Below, one piece after another: positions 40,624 through 50,157 of a stretch of 64,000 nucleotides of DNA. This stretch comes from Candidatus Latescibacterota bacterium (GTDB lineage: Bacteria; Latescibacterota; UBA2968; UBA8231), in NCBI GenBank assembly GCA_964291625.2, contig OZ220089.1, forward strand, positions 3,616,001-3,680,000, read 5' to 3'. Both the position numbers and the translations under genes were made by a program. The notes under the pieces are model-generated. The model was not told where the DNA came from and made no database searches. It saw only the letters and a program-made list of their open reading frames with translations. Within the stretch, counting starts at the first letter, position 1, and the number at the start of each line of letters is the position of its first letter.

Positions 40624-42711
40624 ATGAAAGAGCATGCCTCGTTCAGCCTCGTCTTGTTGTTGGCCGGGGGCCTCTCGGCGGAGTCCGCGCCCGGGCCGAA
40701 GGTGGAGGGACAAGTGCGGCTGTCATCCGGCGAACCGGCCGTCGGGGCGCAGGTGTCGCTCTTCGATCTGGCCGATCTTCGGGCGGCTCCGCTCGCGGCA
40801 GTCACGGATGGGTCCGGGCATTTCGAGCTGTCCCTGGAGGGCTCGCCGTCAGCACTCTCGGCGGTGCCGGATCGTTTCGATCTGGGGGCGAATTATCCGA
40901 ATCCGTTCAATCCTTCCACGGTCATCCCCTTCCAGCTGCCGGCCCCGACTCACGTAAGGCTGGAGGTCTTCAACGTCCGGGGACAGCGCGTCACGACGCT
41001 GGTCGACAGAGTGCAGCCTGCCGGCTACCACACGGCTCGCTGGGACGCCACGGATGCGGCCGGTCGGGCGGTGGCGGCCGGGGTCTACCTCTACCGGCTG
41101 CGAGGCGGCGGTGTCAGCCTGACGCAGCGCATGGTGCTGATCGACGGGCAGGCCGGAGTTCCGGCGGCCGGTTCGGCCCCGGCGCCGGGCGTGGCCGCCG
41201 CCGCCCCGGGAGACGGTCCCGTCTATGGCCTGACCGTCTCGGGGCCGGGGCTGGTCCCCTACGTCGACCCGGCCTTCCGGGTGACCACCGGGCCTTCGCA
41301 CCCGGTGGAGCTGGCGGTCCGGACCCTGCAGGTCTCACCGCTCGCGAAGGCCGCCTCCACGGGAAGCACGAGGATACTGGGAGACGTGGACAACAACGGC
41401 CGGGTCGACTTCTTCGATGCCCTGCTGGTGGCCCTGTACAGCCGGGACGCCTTCATCGCCATGCCCAACAACGGCGACATCTCCCTGGGGGACGTCAACC
41501 GGGACGGCTGGGTCGATCTGTCCGACGCCTGGGTCATCGCCGCCTACCTCAACGACCCGTCCGATGCGGGGCTGCCGGCCGGCATAGGCGAGCCAGTAAC
41601 CCCCCCTGCGGTTACTCCGGGCAAGATCTACTGGACGGATTTCACCGCGGACAAGATCCAGCGTTCCGACCTGGACGGCTCCAACGTCGAGGACCTGGTC
41701 GCCACGGGCCTGGTCAATCCCTATGGCCTGGCTCTGGACAAGGCCGGCGGCAAGATGTACTGGACCGACTACGGCACGGACAAGATCCAGCGTGCCAACC
41801 TCAACGGCTCGCAGGTCGAAGACCTGGTCACCACCGGACTGATCACCCCCGGAGGCCTGGCCCTGGACATCTACGGCGGCAAGATGTACTGGACCGATCT
41901 GGGGACCGACAAGATTCAACGGGCCAACCTCGACGGCTCCGAGGTCGAAGATCTGATCACCGAAATCCTGGTCAGCCCCAACGGACTGGCCCTGGACGTG
42001 GAGTACAACGCGATGTACTGGACCGACTACGGCACCGACACGATCCAGCGGGCCAACATCGGCGGCTTGGACTCCGATGAGCTCGTCACGGGGCTCACCA
42101 GTCCCGGGGGCTTGGCCCTGGATCTGCACCCGGCCGGGCTCAAGATGTACTGGACCGACTACGGCACGGACAAGATCCAGCGGGCCAACCTCGACGGCTC
42201 CGAGGTCGAAGACCTGGTCACCACCGGCCTGCGCTCACCCCGGGGGCTGGCGGTGGACGAGGTGGAGGGCAAGATCTACTGGGCGGACCCGGGGACCGAC
42301 AAGATCCAACGCGCCAACCTCGACGGCTCGCAGGTCGAAGACCTCGTCGCCACCGGACTGGAGGGGCCCGTCGGGATCGCCCTGGACCCCGACCATCACG
42401 GCGACCAGCCCGCGTCGGCGACGCTGGTGACACTGGAGAGTGCCACCGCAGGTTATCTGAACCCTGGTGACGTCGACTACTTTCGGGTCGACCTCACCCG
42501 GGCGCGCATCTTGGTTGCCTATACGACCGGCACTACGGATACCTTTGGCTCCATCGAGGACAACACGGGGACGTGGCTCGCCGATGACGACGATGGCGGA
42601 GAGGGCAGCAATTTCCGCATCTCTCGCTTTGTTCAGGCCGGCACCTACTACATCCTGGTCCAGGGCTGGGATCATTCAGCGACCGGCTCCTACACCCTCC
42701 ACGTAAGGTAG
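40624..42711 (+). CDS. Secreted protein: same N-terminal FlgD-Ig/dockerin module + YWTD (LDL-receptor class B) propeller + PPC-like domain
   Basis: 695 aa from MKEHASFSLVLL; six KMYWTD...KIQRANLDGS-type repeats; GDVDYFRV...DDDGGEGSNF...GTYYILV. Confidence 0.9.
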   Translation: MKEHASFSLVLLLAGGLSAESAPGPKVEGQVRLSSGEPAVGAQVSLFDLADLRAAPLAAVTDGSGHFELSLEGSPSALSAVPDRFDLGANYPNPFNPSTVIPFQLPAPTHVRLEVFNVRGQRVTTLVDRVQPAGYHTARWDATDAAGRAVAAGVYLYRLRGGGVSLTQRMVLIDGQAGVPAAGSAPAPGVAAAAPGDGPVYGLTVSGPGLVPYVDPAFRVTTGPSHPVELAVRTLQVSPLAKAASTGSTRILGDVDNNGRVDFFDALLVALYSRDAFIAMPNNGDISLGDVNRDGWVDLSDAWVIAAYLNDPSDAGLPAGIGEPVTPPAVTPGKIYWTDFTADKIQRSDLDGSNVEDLVATGLVNPYGLALDKAGGKMYWTDYGTDKIQRANLNGSQVEDLVTTGLITPGGLALDIYGGKMYWTDLGTDKIQRANLDGSEVEDLITEILVSPNGLALDVEYNAMYWTDYGTDTIQRANIGGLDSDELVTGLTSPGGLALDLHPAGLKMYWTDYGTDKIQRANLDGSEVEDLVTTGLRSPRGLAVDEVEGKIYWADPGTDKIQRANLDGSQVEDLVATGLEGPVGIALDPDHHGDQPASATLVTLESATAGYLNPGDVDYFRVDLTRARILVAYTTGTTDTFGSIEDNTGTWLADDDDGGEGSNFRISRFVQAGTYYILVQGWDHSATGSYTLHVR

Positions 42712-42774
42712 ACAGTCGTTCCGCACCCAACAGGGCGAGCAAAGTTTCCAACCAACCCACAAGGGAGGACCGGC

Positions 42775-43605
42775 ATGGACCACATCCACATCCACCCCGA
42801 CCCGCACTGCAAGAGCATCCTGCACACCCTGCTCCTTGCGGTGCGCCGTCCGTTACTTGCACTTGTTGTCTTCTACTGCTCCCTCGCTCTACCCCTCGCC
42901 GCCCAGAAGGAAGTCCTTCACGGCACTTGGGAGGGGGTCGATGCGGACGAGCTCGGCAAAATCACCACACGCCTGACCTTCGAGCCAGACGGCAGGCTTG
43001 AAGTGGATCTGGAGATCGACTACACGGCCGAAGATTTCACGGAAGACTTCACGATCGGGGAAGAGGAATCGATACCGCTCCCGCAGGCGATCCTGGAGTC
43101 AGAGGACTTCGCAGCACTCGAGAGAGTGCTGTCCGTGGAAAGCGGCTCCGGCCACGGTACGTATCAAGTTCGGGGCGACAGCCTCCTGGTCAACTTGGAC
43201 GAATTCGGATTTGTCGTTGATGGCGAGAGCCTTGCAGCCACCGAGTTCTGGGTTCCGCTATTCAGGTTCCTTTTCCGCCTCCTCTTTGCGACTTTCGCAG
43301 TAGCCTTTGAGGAGGATCTCTCCGACGAGGAGTTGGCGGAGAGGTTGGCGACGGTTTATGAAGACATGGCATCCGACCCGGAATTCCAGGCGCTTGTTGA
43401 CGAGCTTCTGGCTGAGTTCGAAGAGTCACCCCTCCCCTTCGCACTTACGGGTACCTACGCCATCGAAGGAGACACTTTGTTCATTACTTCCACTACGGCG
43501 GACGAAGAAGGAGAGGAGACCATCGAAACCCTGGAATTCCATCGCATTGCTCCCGCCACCGCTGTTGCTCCAACGACCTGGGGCAGCCTGAAGAGCGGCA
43601 TCTGA
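42775..43605 (+). CDS. Acidic secreted hypothetical protein with C-terminal TTWGxLK motif
   Basis: 276 aa; RBS GGAGG; hydrophobic segment ending LPLAAQ; ends TAVAPTTWGSLKSGI. Confidence 0.75.
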   Translation: MDHIHIHPDPHCKSILHTLLLAVRRPLLALVVFYCSLALPLAAQKEVLHGTWEGVDADELGKITTRLTFEPDGRLEVDLEIDYTAEDFTEDFTIGEEESIPLPQAILESEDFAALERVLSVESGSGHGTYQVRGDSLLVNLDEFGFVVDGESLAATEFWVPLFRFLFRLLFATFAVAFEEDLSDEELAERLATVYEDMASDPEFQALVDELLAEFEESPLPFALTGTYAIEGDTLFITSTTADEEGEETIETLEFHRIAPATAVAPTTWGSLKSGI

Positions 43606-43971
43606 GGGAGAGTGTGCGCCAAATCGTGTAGTTCCAGTCCCGTGAAACTCATGGGGCGAGATATGGGCGCTCCATCTGCTCGAACGTGACGACCACACTC
43701 TTGGTTAGGCTCCCTTGTCGATCTCCGAGCGCACTCGAAGCCCTTTGTTCCTGGTCCCGTGGTCGATCAGGTTGACCACCGTGGGCAGACTGACCAGAGG
43801 TTGGGCTCGCCAGTTCTTGGCGATAGCCCTACAGAAAGAGCATCCGCCATTGGCGGGAGAATGTGGGCTACACTGTTCACTGTCCAGTGCGCATGTCCTT
43901 GGGGGAGATCAAACAAACCCTGGATCGCTGAAGCTCAATACCCGGGTCTCTAACCAAAGGGGAAGGAACTA

Positions 43972-44373
43972 ATGTCTCGGCCCACAAGAGAGCATGTCGT
44001 CCAAGCGCTTGATGACGCCAACTTGGCTGATAAAGGAGCCGCCAGGATCGGGGATGGGGCGAGGTACCGTTGTGAGTACTGCGGTCGTGATCTACTGGCT
44101 TCCGTGGACAACTATCGAATGTGGCAGGAGGACCATATCATACCCGAGAGTCTTGGCGGCGAGCAGGATGATATGGATAACCTTGCTCTGTGTTGTCGGT
44201 CCTGCAACATGCCCAAAGGCAGGTGGAATCCGCGTTGCAGCGCTCATGACAGTACCACCCGAGAGGGTATGATTCAAGCCGTAAGAGATCACCTGTACCG
44301 CCATCGAGCGAAGGTCATGCAAGAAGAAGTGATTCCGTCTCGGGAGATTGCTGGAAGGAGCGACTTCCAATGA
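43972..44373 (+). CDS. HNH endonuclease
   Basis: RCEYCG...EDHIIPESLGG...NLALCCRSCNMPKG. Confidence 0.88.
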   Translation: MSRPTREHVVQALDDANLADKGAARIGDGARYRCEYCGRDLLASVDNYRMWQEDHIIPESLGGEQDDMDNLALCCRSCNMPKGRWNPRCSAHDSTTREGMIQAVRDHLYRHRAKVMQEEVIPSREIAGRSDFQ

Positions 44374-44900
44374 CCTTACGTGATGTAGCCCTGATGGCTC
44401 TGTCTGCTCTGATCGCCGTTGTCGTATCCACGATGGCCGCTCAGAGTTCGGGCAAGAACGTGGTGAGGGTGAACGAGTTGATCCTTGAGAACGACAAGGG
44501 GGAGGTAGTGGGAATCCTATCCACCTTTAACAACGGATCACCCTACCTTCACCTATCCAACGGTCAGTCAACTGCCTCCATCTACCTTGAAGGTACGTCA
44601 GCGAAGGTGTTCACGCGCAGCAAGGAATTGATGTCAGGAGTCGGCATCGACAGAGATATACCCTTCGTCAAGGTCAGGGAGAGAGGCGAGGACATTCTCG
44701 TGACTTCATTCACTTCTCCCTTAGTGGATGCTCCTAGTATCAGAGACAGTTATACTCAAATCAGACTGCATAGAGGAGGTCAGTACTACTTCTTCCCTGA
44801 TGGATTTAGCAGATATCAGATGAGAGATATGTTACTTATCAAGCCTAGTCTCACGTCCAGGATGGCCCATGATGAGTGGAAGTCGAAGCTGGCAGAGTGA
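44370..44900 (+). CDS. Hypothetical protein with N-terminal signal/membrane anchor
   Basis: 176 aa; ATGA overlap with the HNH gene; hydrophobic N-terminus. Confidence 0.65.
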   Translation: MTLRDVALMALSALIAVVVSTMAAQSSGKNVVRVNELILENDKGEVVGILSTFNNGSPYLHLSNGQSTASIYLEGTSAKVFTRSKELMSGVGIDRDIPFVKVRERGEDILVTSFTSPLVDAPSIRDSYTQIRLHRGGQYYFFPDGFSRYQMRDMLLIKPSLTSRMAHDEWKSKLAE

Positions 44901-44904
44901 GACG

Positions 44905-45590
44905 ATGGATCGTATGCGTGGCGCTCTCTCGCTCCCCGCCCTGGATCGCCAGCAACTCCTTGTGACCGTCGGCAGTGACTCCGATGACGACCAGCACGCA
45001 CGGCCGGTCCTTCTCCAGGCGGACGTGGCAGTAGAGGGCATCGGCCCACAGGTAGACGTAGCGCTGGCCGTGCAGGTCGCGCTGGCCCCAAGTGGCGAAC
45101 TCCTGCTCCCAGACCTGCTTCAGCCGAACGATGTTGGTCGCCGACAGCCCGACGACGCCGTCGCCCAGAATCGCCCGCAGGGCGTCCGGGAAGGCGTTGG
45201 TGGAGATCCCCTTCAGGTGGAGCTGCGGGATCCGGGCGTCGATACTCGGGGTGCGCCGCAGATACGGCGGCAGGATGGCACTGTGAAGTGCTCCTCCGGA
45301 CGCTGGTCATGGACCCGCGGCTGGCGCACCGGGACCTTGCCGACCCCGGTCACCAGCTCGCGCTCCGGGTGCTAGCCGTTGCGTACCACCAGGCGCTGGC
45401 CCTTGTCGTCCCGCAGGGCCTGGAAGTGCGGCGAGTACTCCTCTACCTCCAGGGCTTCCTGAAGCAGCCGCCGGGCGCCCTCTCGCAGCACGGTCGCCAG
45501 CACAGATCGTCGATGATGATCGTAGATTCTTCCACGAGCGTATCCTCCTCCCCGTGTCTGCGGGGATGTATGGGTGTTTTGTGGTCACCC
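44905..45590 (-). mobile_element. IS256-family transposase remnant
   Basis: Broken frames give REGARRLLQEALE...VVRNG*HPERELVTGVGKVPVRQPRV...ILPPYLRRTPSI...YVYLWADA...VLVVIGVTADGHKELLAI. Confidence 0.85.
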
Positions 45591-45627
45591 TGAGGATAGG
45601 CTCTCTTCCTTTTCAGGAGACAACACC

Positions 45628-46749
45628 ATGAAGCAAGTCCCGAACCTGTACTCCTTTGCCACCAAGGAGCTGGCCCAAGACGCGACGATCGCATACCTTC
45701 TCGCTTGGGCACAGCCTCATTTGCGTGATTCACATCCGCGTCTCAACGGCCTCGGAACGGAGTTCCTTCAGGCACTCCTTGGATCGCACAGCCGGGAAGC
45801 CGTCGTTCTAGCCGTCACCGGTATTGAGGTCGAGACGCAGGTTGACCACATTGACGTTCTAGCACGAGTCAACGATGAGAAGTGCCGTGGAGTCGTGCTT
45901 GTAATCGAAGACAAGGTAGGAACCCATGAACACTCGAATCAGATCGAGAGATATGTTGAAGCAGCTCGGAGAAACTACCCCAATAGGCGGGAGGTCGTAC
46001 CGGTATACGTGAAGATCCTGAACGCGTCAGAGCATGATCTTCCTCCAAAGAAGCATTGCGGGCGGTTCCTGCGTGAGGATTTCCTCAGAGTGCTGCGTCG
46101 GTATTGTGACACTCGCGACACGATAGTGGACAATTTCCGTGTTTACTTGGAAAGTGTAGAGGAGAGGACCAACAGCTATCGGCATAGACCGCCAGAAGAG
46201 TGGCGCCCCTGTTGTGACCCATTACCGATAACGGGGTTCTATAGAGAGCTGGAGTGTCGGATGCCCCCGGAGCCCAATCCTATAGCCCAGCCTCATCGGA
46301 ACTCGCCCCGCTGGGGATATGCGTCCAATCCTGCGGGCGGGGTCCATTATTTCACTTTCGCCGACAGTGTCGACAGTACTGTAGATCGGGGGGCGGACAA
46401 GCCTGTTGTGCTCCTGCAGATTGAGGACGCGACCCGACTCACAGTGCGGCTTGGTGAATGGAGTGAAGAGGGGAAAGGGATCGACCCCTCATTCATGTAC
46501 GAGACCCTGAAGCTGCTGGAGGAGGAGAGCGCTTCTCGGAGCGGTAACTTCCGGATCAAGAAGGCCGGCCGGTTTCGTGGTGGCAGAAGTGCGGGGGTGG
46601 CGGAAGTGAGCTTCGAACCCGGAGACAGCTATCTCGCCCTGTCAGCTCAGGGCCTCGTTGACATGGACAGGACTATGGAACGCCTTGAACGAATGCGCGA
46701 GGTTGTGGTGGGCGTCGCGAAGCGCTATCCGCGGAGCACAACTGACTGA
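45628..46749 (+). CDS. PD-(D/E)XK nuclease superfamily protein
   Basis: 373 aa after AGGAG; PNLYSFATKELAQDA; VETQVDHIDVL...LVIEDKV...NQIERY. Confidence 0.82.
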   Translation: MKQVPNLYSFATKELAQDATIAYLLAWAQPHLRDSHPRLNGLGTEFLQALLGSHSREAVVLAVTGIEVETQVDHIDVLARVNDEKCRGVVLVIEDKVGTHEHSNQIERYVEAARRNYPNRREVVPVYVKILNASEHDLPPKKHCGRFLREDFLRVLRRYCDTRDTIVDNFRVYLESVEERTNSYRHRPPEEWRPCCDPLPITGFYRELECRMPPEPNPIAQPHRNSPRWGYASNPAGGVHYFTFADSVDSTVDRGADKPVVLLQIEDATRLTVRLGEWSEEGKGIDPSFMYETLKLLEEESASRSGNFRIKKAGRFRGGRSAGVAEVSFEPGDSYLALSAQGLVDMDRTMERLERMREVVVGVAKRYPRSTTD

Positions 46750-46750
46750 T

Positions 46751-47000
46751 TGTACAGTGATAGGAGTGACCTGACACCCGCCCCTGCTCGGGGGTGAGTT
46801 CCGGCAGCGGATTTCTGCATGGCAGTCCCCTTAGGCTTTGTCACGAAACAGATGATTCACTTCGGCTGGCCGAGGTGGGCCGGATCGTGTAGTTCAGTGC
46901 CTAAGGTTCGGGCTTGGTCGGGAGGCCCTCCTTGAAGGCCTGCAGCGGCGTCAGGCCGTTCATGTTGCGGCCCTAGTGGGGGCGCTTCTCGGTGTATTTG
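46751..47000 (-). mobile_element. IS481-like right-end remnant
   Basis: Minus strand KYTEKRPH*GRNMNGLTPLQAFKEGL; end sequence TGTACAGTGATAGGAGTGACCTGACAC begins with TGT as IS481 ends do. Confidence 0.6.
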
Positions 47001-47009
47001 CTCAGTCCT

Positions 47010-48145
47010 GCGGGCCCGCTACGCACTGGACTGGGGCCTGCAGACCATGGCCTTCCCCATCCTCGTGACAACCCCCGCCCTGGGCGTCTTCGCGGGATTG
47101 ATGGCCAGCAGGCAGTACTTCGGGTATCGCAAGGACCCCTTCTCCTCCACTCACTCCATCAACGCCGGGCCGGCCGTCAATCGGCTCGAGCCGTTCGTTT
47201 CCTATACGGGGACCTTCCGGCGAGCGGTGTTGGGCCTGGATGCGAGGGTCAGGGTCGAGTACTCCGGGATCCAGATGATCCGCTTCAACGGGCTCGGCAA
47301 CGAGACCACGATCCCGGAGCCGGCGTCCTTCTGCGAAGTGGAACAGAACCACTTCGCCTTCACCCCATCCCTCCAGCTCGGCGCGGGAGGGCAGCCGGGG
47401 GGCGGGTCCCACGGCGGCAAGGAAGTGCGGCGCCCGGCGTGGTCCGTCGGCTTCGGACCGGTCATCAAGTACTCGGACACGCCGCTCAGCTCGAACGAGG
47501 GGAAGTTCATCGCTTCCGGGGAGCATCCGTGGTACGGCACGGGCTCCTTCGGGCAGGCGGGGACGCAGGGCGAGGTCATCTACGACGGGCGCGACAATTC
47601 GGGGTACGCCACGCGGGGTGTTCTGGTCAGGGTTGCCGGAGCCCTCTACCCGGGGGTCTGGGACGTGGAGTCGTCCTTCGCGAGCATGGACGGGGAGACG
47701 CGCGCCTACCTGATGGCTCCCGTTCCCACCCGCCCGACCCTGGCCTTGCGGGCCGGCGGCAAGAAGGTCTGGGGAACCTTCCCCTTCCACGAGAGCGCCT
47801 TTCTGGGCGGGCCTTGCCTGACCGGCGGCGATGGCTCCAACGGCAGCCTGCGCGGTTTCCGGAAGAACCGGTTCGCCGGAGAGGGCGCGCTGTACGGGAA
47901 TGCCGAGCTGCGCCTGGCGCTGGCGAGGATCAGGCTTCTGTTTCCGGGGGAGGTGGGCGTCTTCGCCGCGGCCGACGCCGGGCGGGTGGTACATTCCGGC
48001 GATCCCGACGGGGCCCGACAGCTGGCACACGGGGTTCGGGGGCGGACTGTGGCTGTCCTTCCTCCAACGCCTGCAGACCGTGAGCGTGGCAGCCGCAAGG
48101 GGTGACGATCTGACGGGAGTCTACGTGCGCGCCGGTCTCATGTTC
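47010..48145 (+). pseudogene. Omp85/BamA-TamA-like outer-membrane barrel, 5'-truncated and frameshifted
   Basis: YDGRDN...RG, LALRAGG, LRGFRKNRFAG, AELRL, ADAGRV; a second frame continues SWHTGFGGGLWL...YVRAGLMF. Confidence 0.7.
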
Positions 48146-48167
48146 TTGCTATTCGAGGAGAGTTCAC

Positions 48168-49112
48168 ATGCTCAGCAACATCATCGTACGGCTCGTCATC
48201 TACTACGCCGCCTGGCTGCTGGCCCTCAGCGGGCTCTTCCACCTCTTCCCCGAGATCCTCTACTACGTCGCCGTGGAGCGCGAACGCATCTTCATCGCCA
48301 AGGGGCTGGACCCCGGGACCGACACCGTGCCCTTTCCGCTGGGGGACATTCAGGAGGGGGTTGCACGCCTCGTCGATCCGGCCCACACCATTCCCGTCAT
48401 GGTCGCCATGGTGCTGGCCTTCGCCGTCACCCTCCCGATCGCCTGGGTCTATCGCTGGACGCGGCCTCGCAAGAAGTACAACCAGTCCTTCGCCCAGACC
48501 CTGCTCGTGGTGCCCATCTCCATCGCCCTGGTCGTCTTCCTCGTCAAGGGGAGTCTGGCCCTCGCCTTCAGCCTGGCCGGCATCGTCGCCGCGGTCCGCT
48601 TCCGCACCTCCCTCGACGAGCCGATCGATGCCGTCTACATGTTCATGGCCATCGGCATAGGACTGGCGGCCGGCACCCAGCTCACCACGGTGGCCTATCT
48701 CGCCTCGCTCTGCTTCGTGGCCGTATCCCTGGCGGTCTGGAGATTCGATTTCGGAGCGCAGCCGGCCGTGCTCTCCGGATGGAGAATCGTCCCCGGCGAG
48801 AAGGCGGAGCAGGATCCCGTGGAGGGCCTCGAACCGGTGGCTCCCGATGGGCACCGTGACGCCCGCATCGAAGTGCATGCAAGGAAAGCGAATGCGGCTC
48901 AGAAGGCGGTGGCGCCGGTCCTGGACGCCAGCACCAGGCATTGGCAGTTGGCCAACGTGGCCAGGAATCCGGACGGGACGTCCGTCGTCGCCTTTGACGT
49001 CTGGTTGAGTCAAGACGTCGATCCGGCTTCGATCGTCAGGGAGATCGAGGGGGTCCGGAAGAAGGCCATCGACAAGGTGGAACTGAAGAGGGACAGGCCC
49101 ATCGCCCGGTGA
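48168..49112 (+). CDS. DUF4956-like membrane protein
   Basis: 314 aa; several TM segments; SLALAFSLAGIVAAVRFRT...DAVYMFMAIGIGLAAG. Confidence 0.82.
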   Translation: MLSNIIVRLVIYYAAWLLALSGLFHLFPEILYYVAVERERIFIAKGLDPGTDTVPFPLGDIQEGVARLVDPAHTIPVMVAMVLAFAVTLPIAWVYRWTRPRKKYNQSFAQTLLVVPISIALVVFLVKGSLALAFSLAGIVAAVRFRTSLDEPIDAVYMFMAIGIGLAAGTQLTTVAYLASLCFVAVSLAVWRFDFGAQPAVLSGWRIVPGEKAEQDPVEGLEPVAPDGHRDARIEVHARKANAAQKAVAPVLDASTRHWQLANVARNPDGTSVVAFDVWLSQDVDPASIVREIEGVRKKAIDKVELKRDRPIAR

Positions 49113-50080
49113 TGCACATGCAAGGTCGCGGAGAGATCTCCCTTCTGGGATTCCTCGGCTTCAGCGTTCTCATCTTCCTGCTCTCGATCAGCTATGGAGG
49201 GGGTCCGCCGGCAGGATCGAGCGAGATACCGCCAGACCTGGATGGGGACGCTCTGCCTGCCCACTCCGTGGTGGACACGGGGGCGGGCTCACAGCCGGCC
49301 GTGTCCCTCGGAAGCTACGAGCTGACAGCGGAGACAGCGGCGCAGTGGAAGCTTCCCGGGCGACTCCGGGAGGTCTCGGGCCTGGCCATGACCAGGGACG
49401 GCCGGCTCCTGGCGCACAACGACGAATGGGGAGTCGTCTACGAGATCGATCTCCGGGATGGTTCCATCACGAAGGGGTTCCAACTGGCGGACATGGTGAA
49501 CCCCGTTGCCGGCGATTTCGAGGGCATTGCGGCAACGGACGAGCGGATCTACCTGGTCACCAGTTCAGGGCGGCTCTACGAGTTCAGCGAGGGCGCCGAC
49601 GGGGAGTCCGTGCTCTACAATCTCTACACGACGGGGATCGGCAGAGACTGCGAGATCGAGGGCCTGGCGCATGACGGCGGCCGCAGGGCCCTGCTGCTGA
49701 TGTGCAAGGGGTCGCGAAGTGCGGACCTGAAGGGAAAGCTGGCGATATACCACTGGTCGATCGACGAGAAGCGGCTGAGCGATCCCCCCCGAACGGTGAT
49801 CCCCGTCGCTGAATTCTCCGAGCCCATCGGGAAAGCGAAGTTCCAGCCCTCCGGAATCGAGCGGCACCCCGTGTCGGGCCACTACTTCGTCGTCGCCGCT
49901 CGCCAGGCAGCGATCGCGGAAATCACGCCCGAGGGCGGGGTCCTGGCGGTCAGGCGGTTCCCCGCCCGGTGGCACCGTCAGGCCGAGGGGATCACCTTCG
50001 CCGCCGACAATACGCTGATCATCGCCGATGAAGGGGCGGGCGCGAAAGCGAGACTGACGCTGTACCCGGTCTCGGACTGA
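49109..50080 (+). CDS. SdiA-regulated/YjiK-like beta-propeller protein
   Basis: LREVSGLA...AHNDE...GDFEGIA...IEGLA...QPSGI...QAEGITF...IADEG. Confidence 0.78.
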   Translation: MMHMQGRGEISLLGFLGFSVLIFLLSISYGGGPPAGSSEIPPDLDGDALPAHSVVDTGAGSQPAVSLGSYELTAETAAQWKLPGRLREVSGLAMTRDGRLLAHNDEWGVVYEIDLRDGSITKGFQLADMVNPVAGDFEGIAATDERIYLVTSSGRLYEFSEGADGESVLYNLYTTGIGRDCEIEGLAHDGGRRALLLMCKGSRSADLKGKLAIYHWSIDEKRLSDPPRTVIPVAEFSEPIGKAKFQPSGIERHPVSGHYFVVAARQAAIAEITPEGGVLAVRRFPARWHRQAEGITFAADNTLIIADEGAGAKARLTLYPVSD

Positions 50081-50157
50081 TCGGCGGCCGAGGGACCCCT
50101 GGCATGGTCCGGCATCCGCCGGCATCGCCCGAGCCGCGGGTTGAGCCAGGGGCGCTG

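Noticed and set aside
25020-42400. Periodic DNA repeats that might be CRISPR or a DGR template/variable pair
   Set aside because: All are in-frame WD40, LRR, YWTD or Big-1 coding repeats. No constant repeat-unique spacer pattern, no cas gene or reverse transcriptase, and no adenine-specific mismatch pattern noticed.
43623-46895. ATCGTGTAGTTC at both 43623 and 46884 as a possible att/target duplication around the nuclease islet
   Set aside because: Only 12 bp, the second copy lies inside the IS481 relic, and there is no integrase or tRNA nearby; could be chance.
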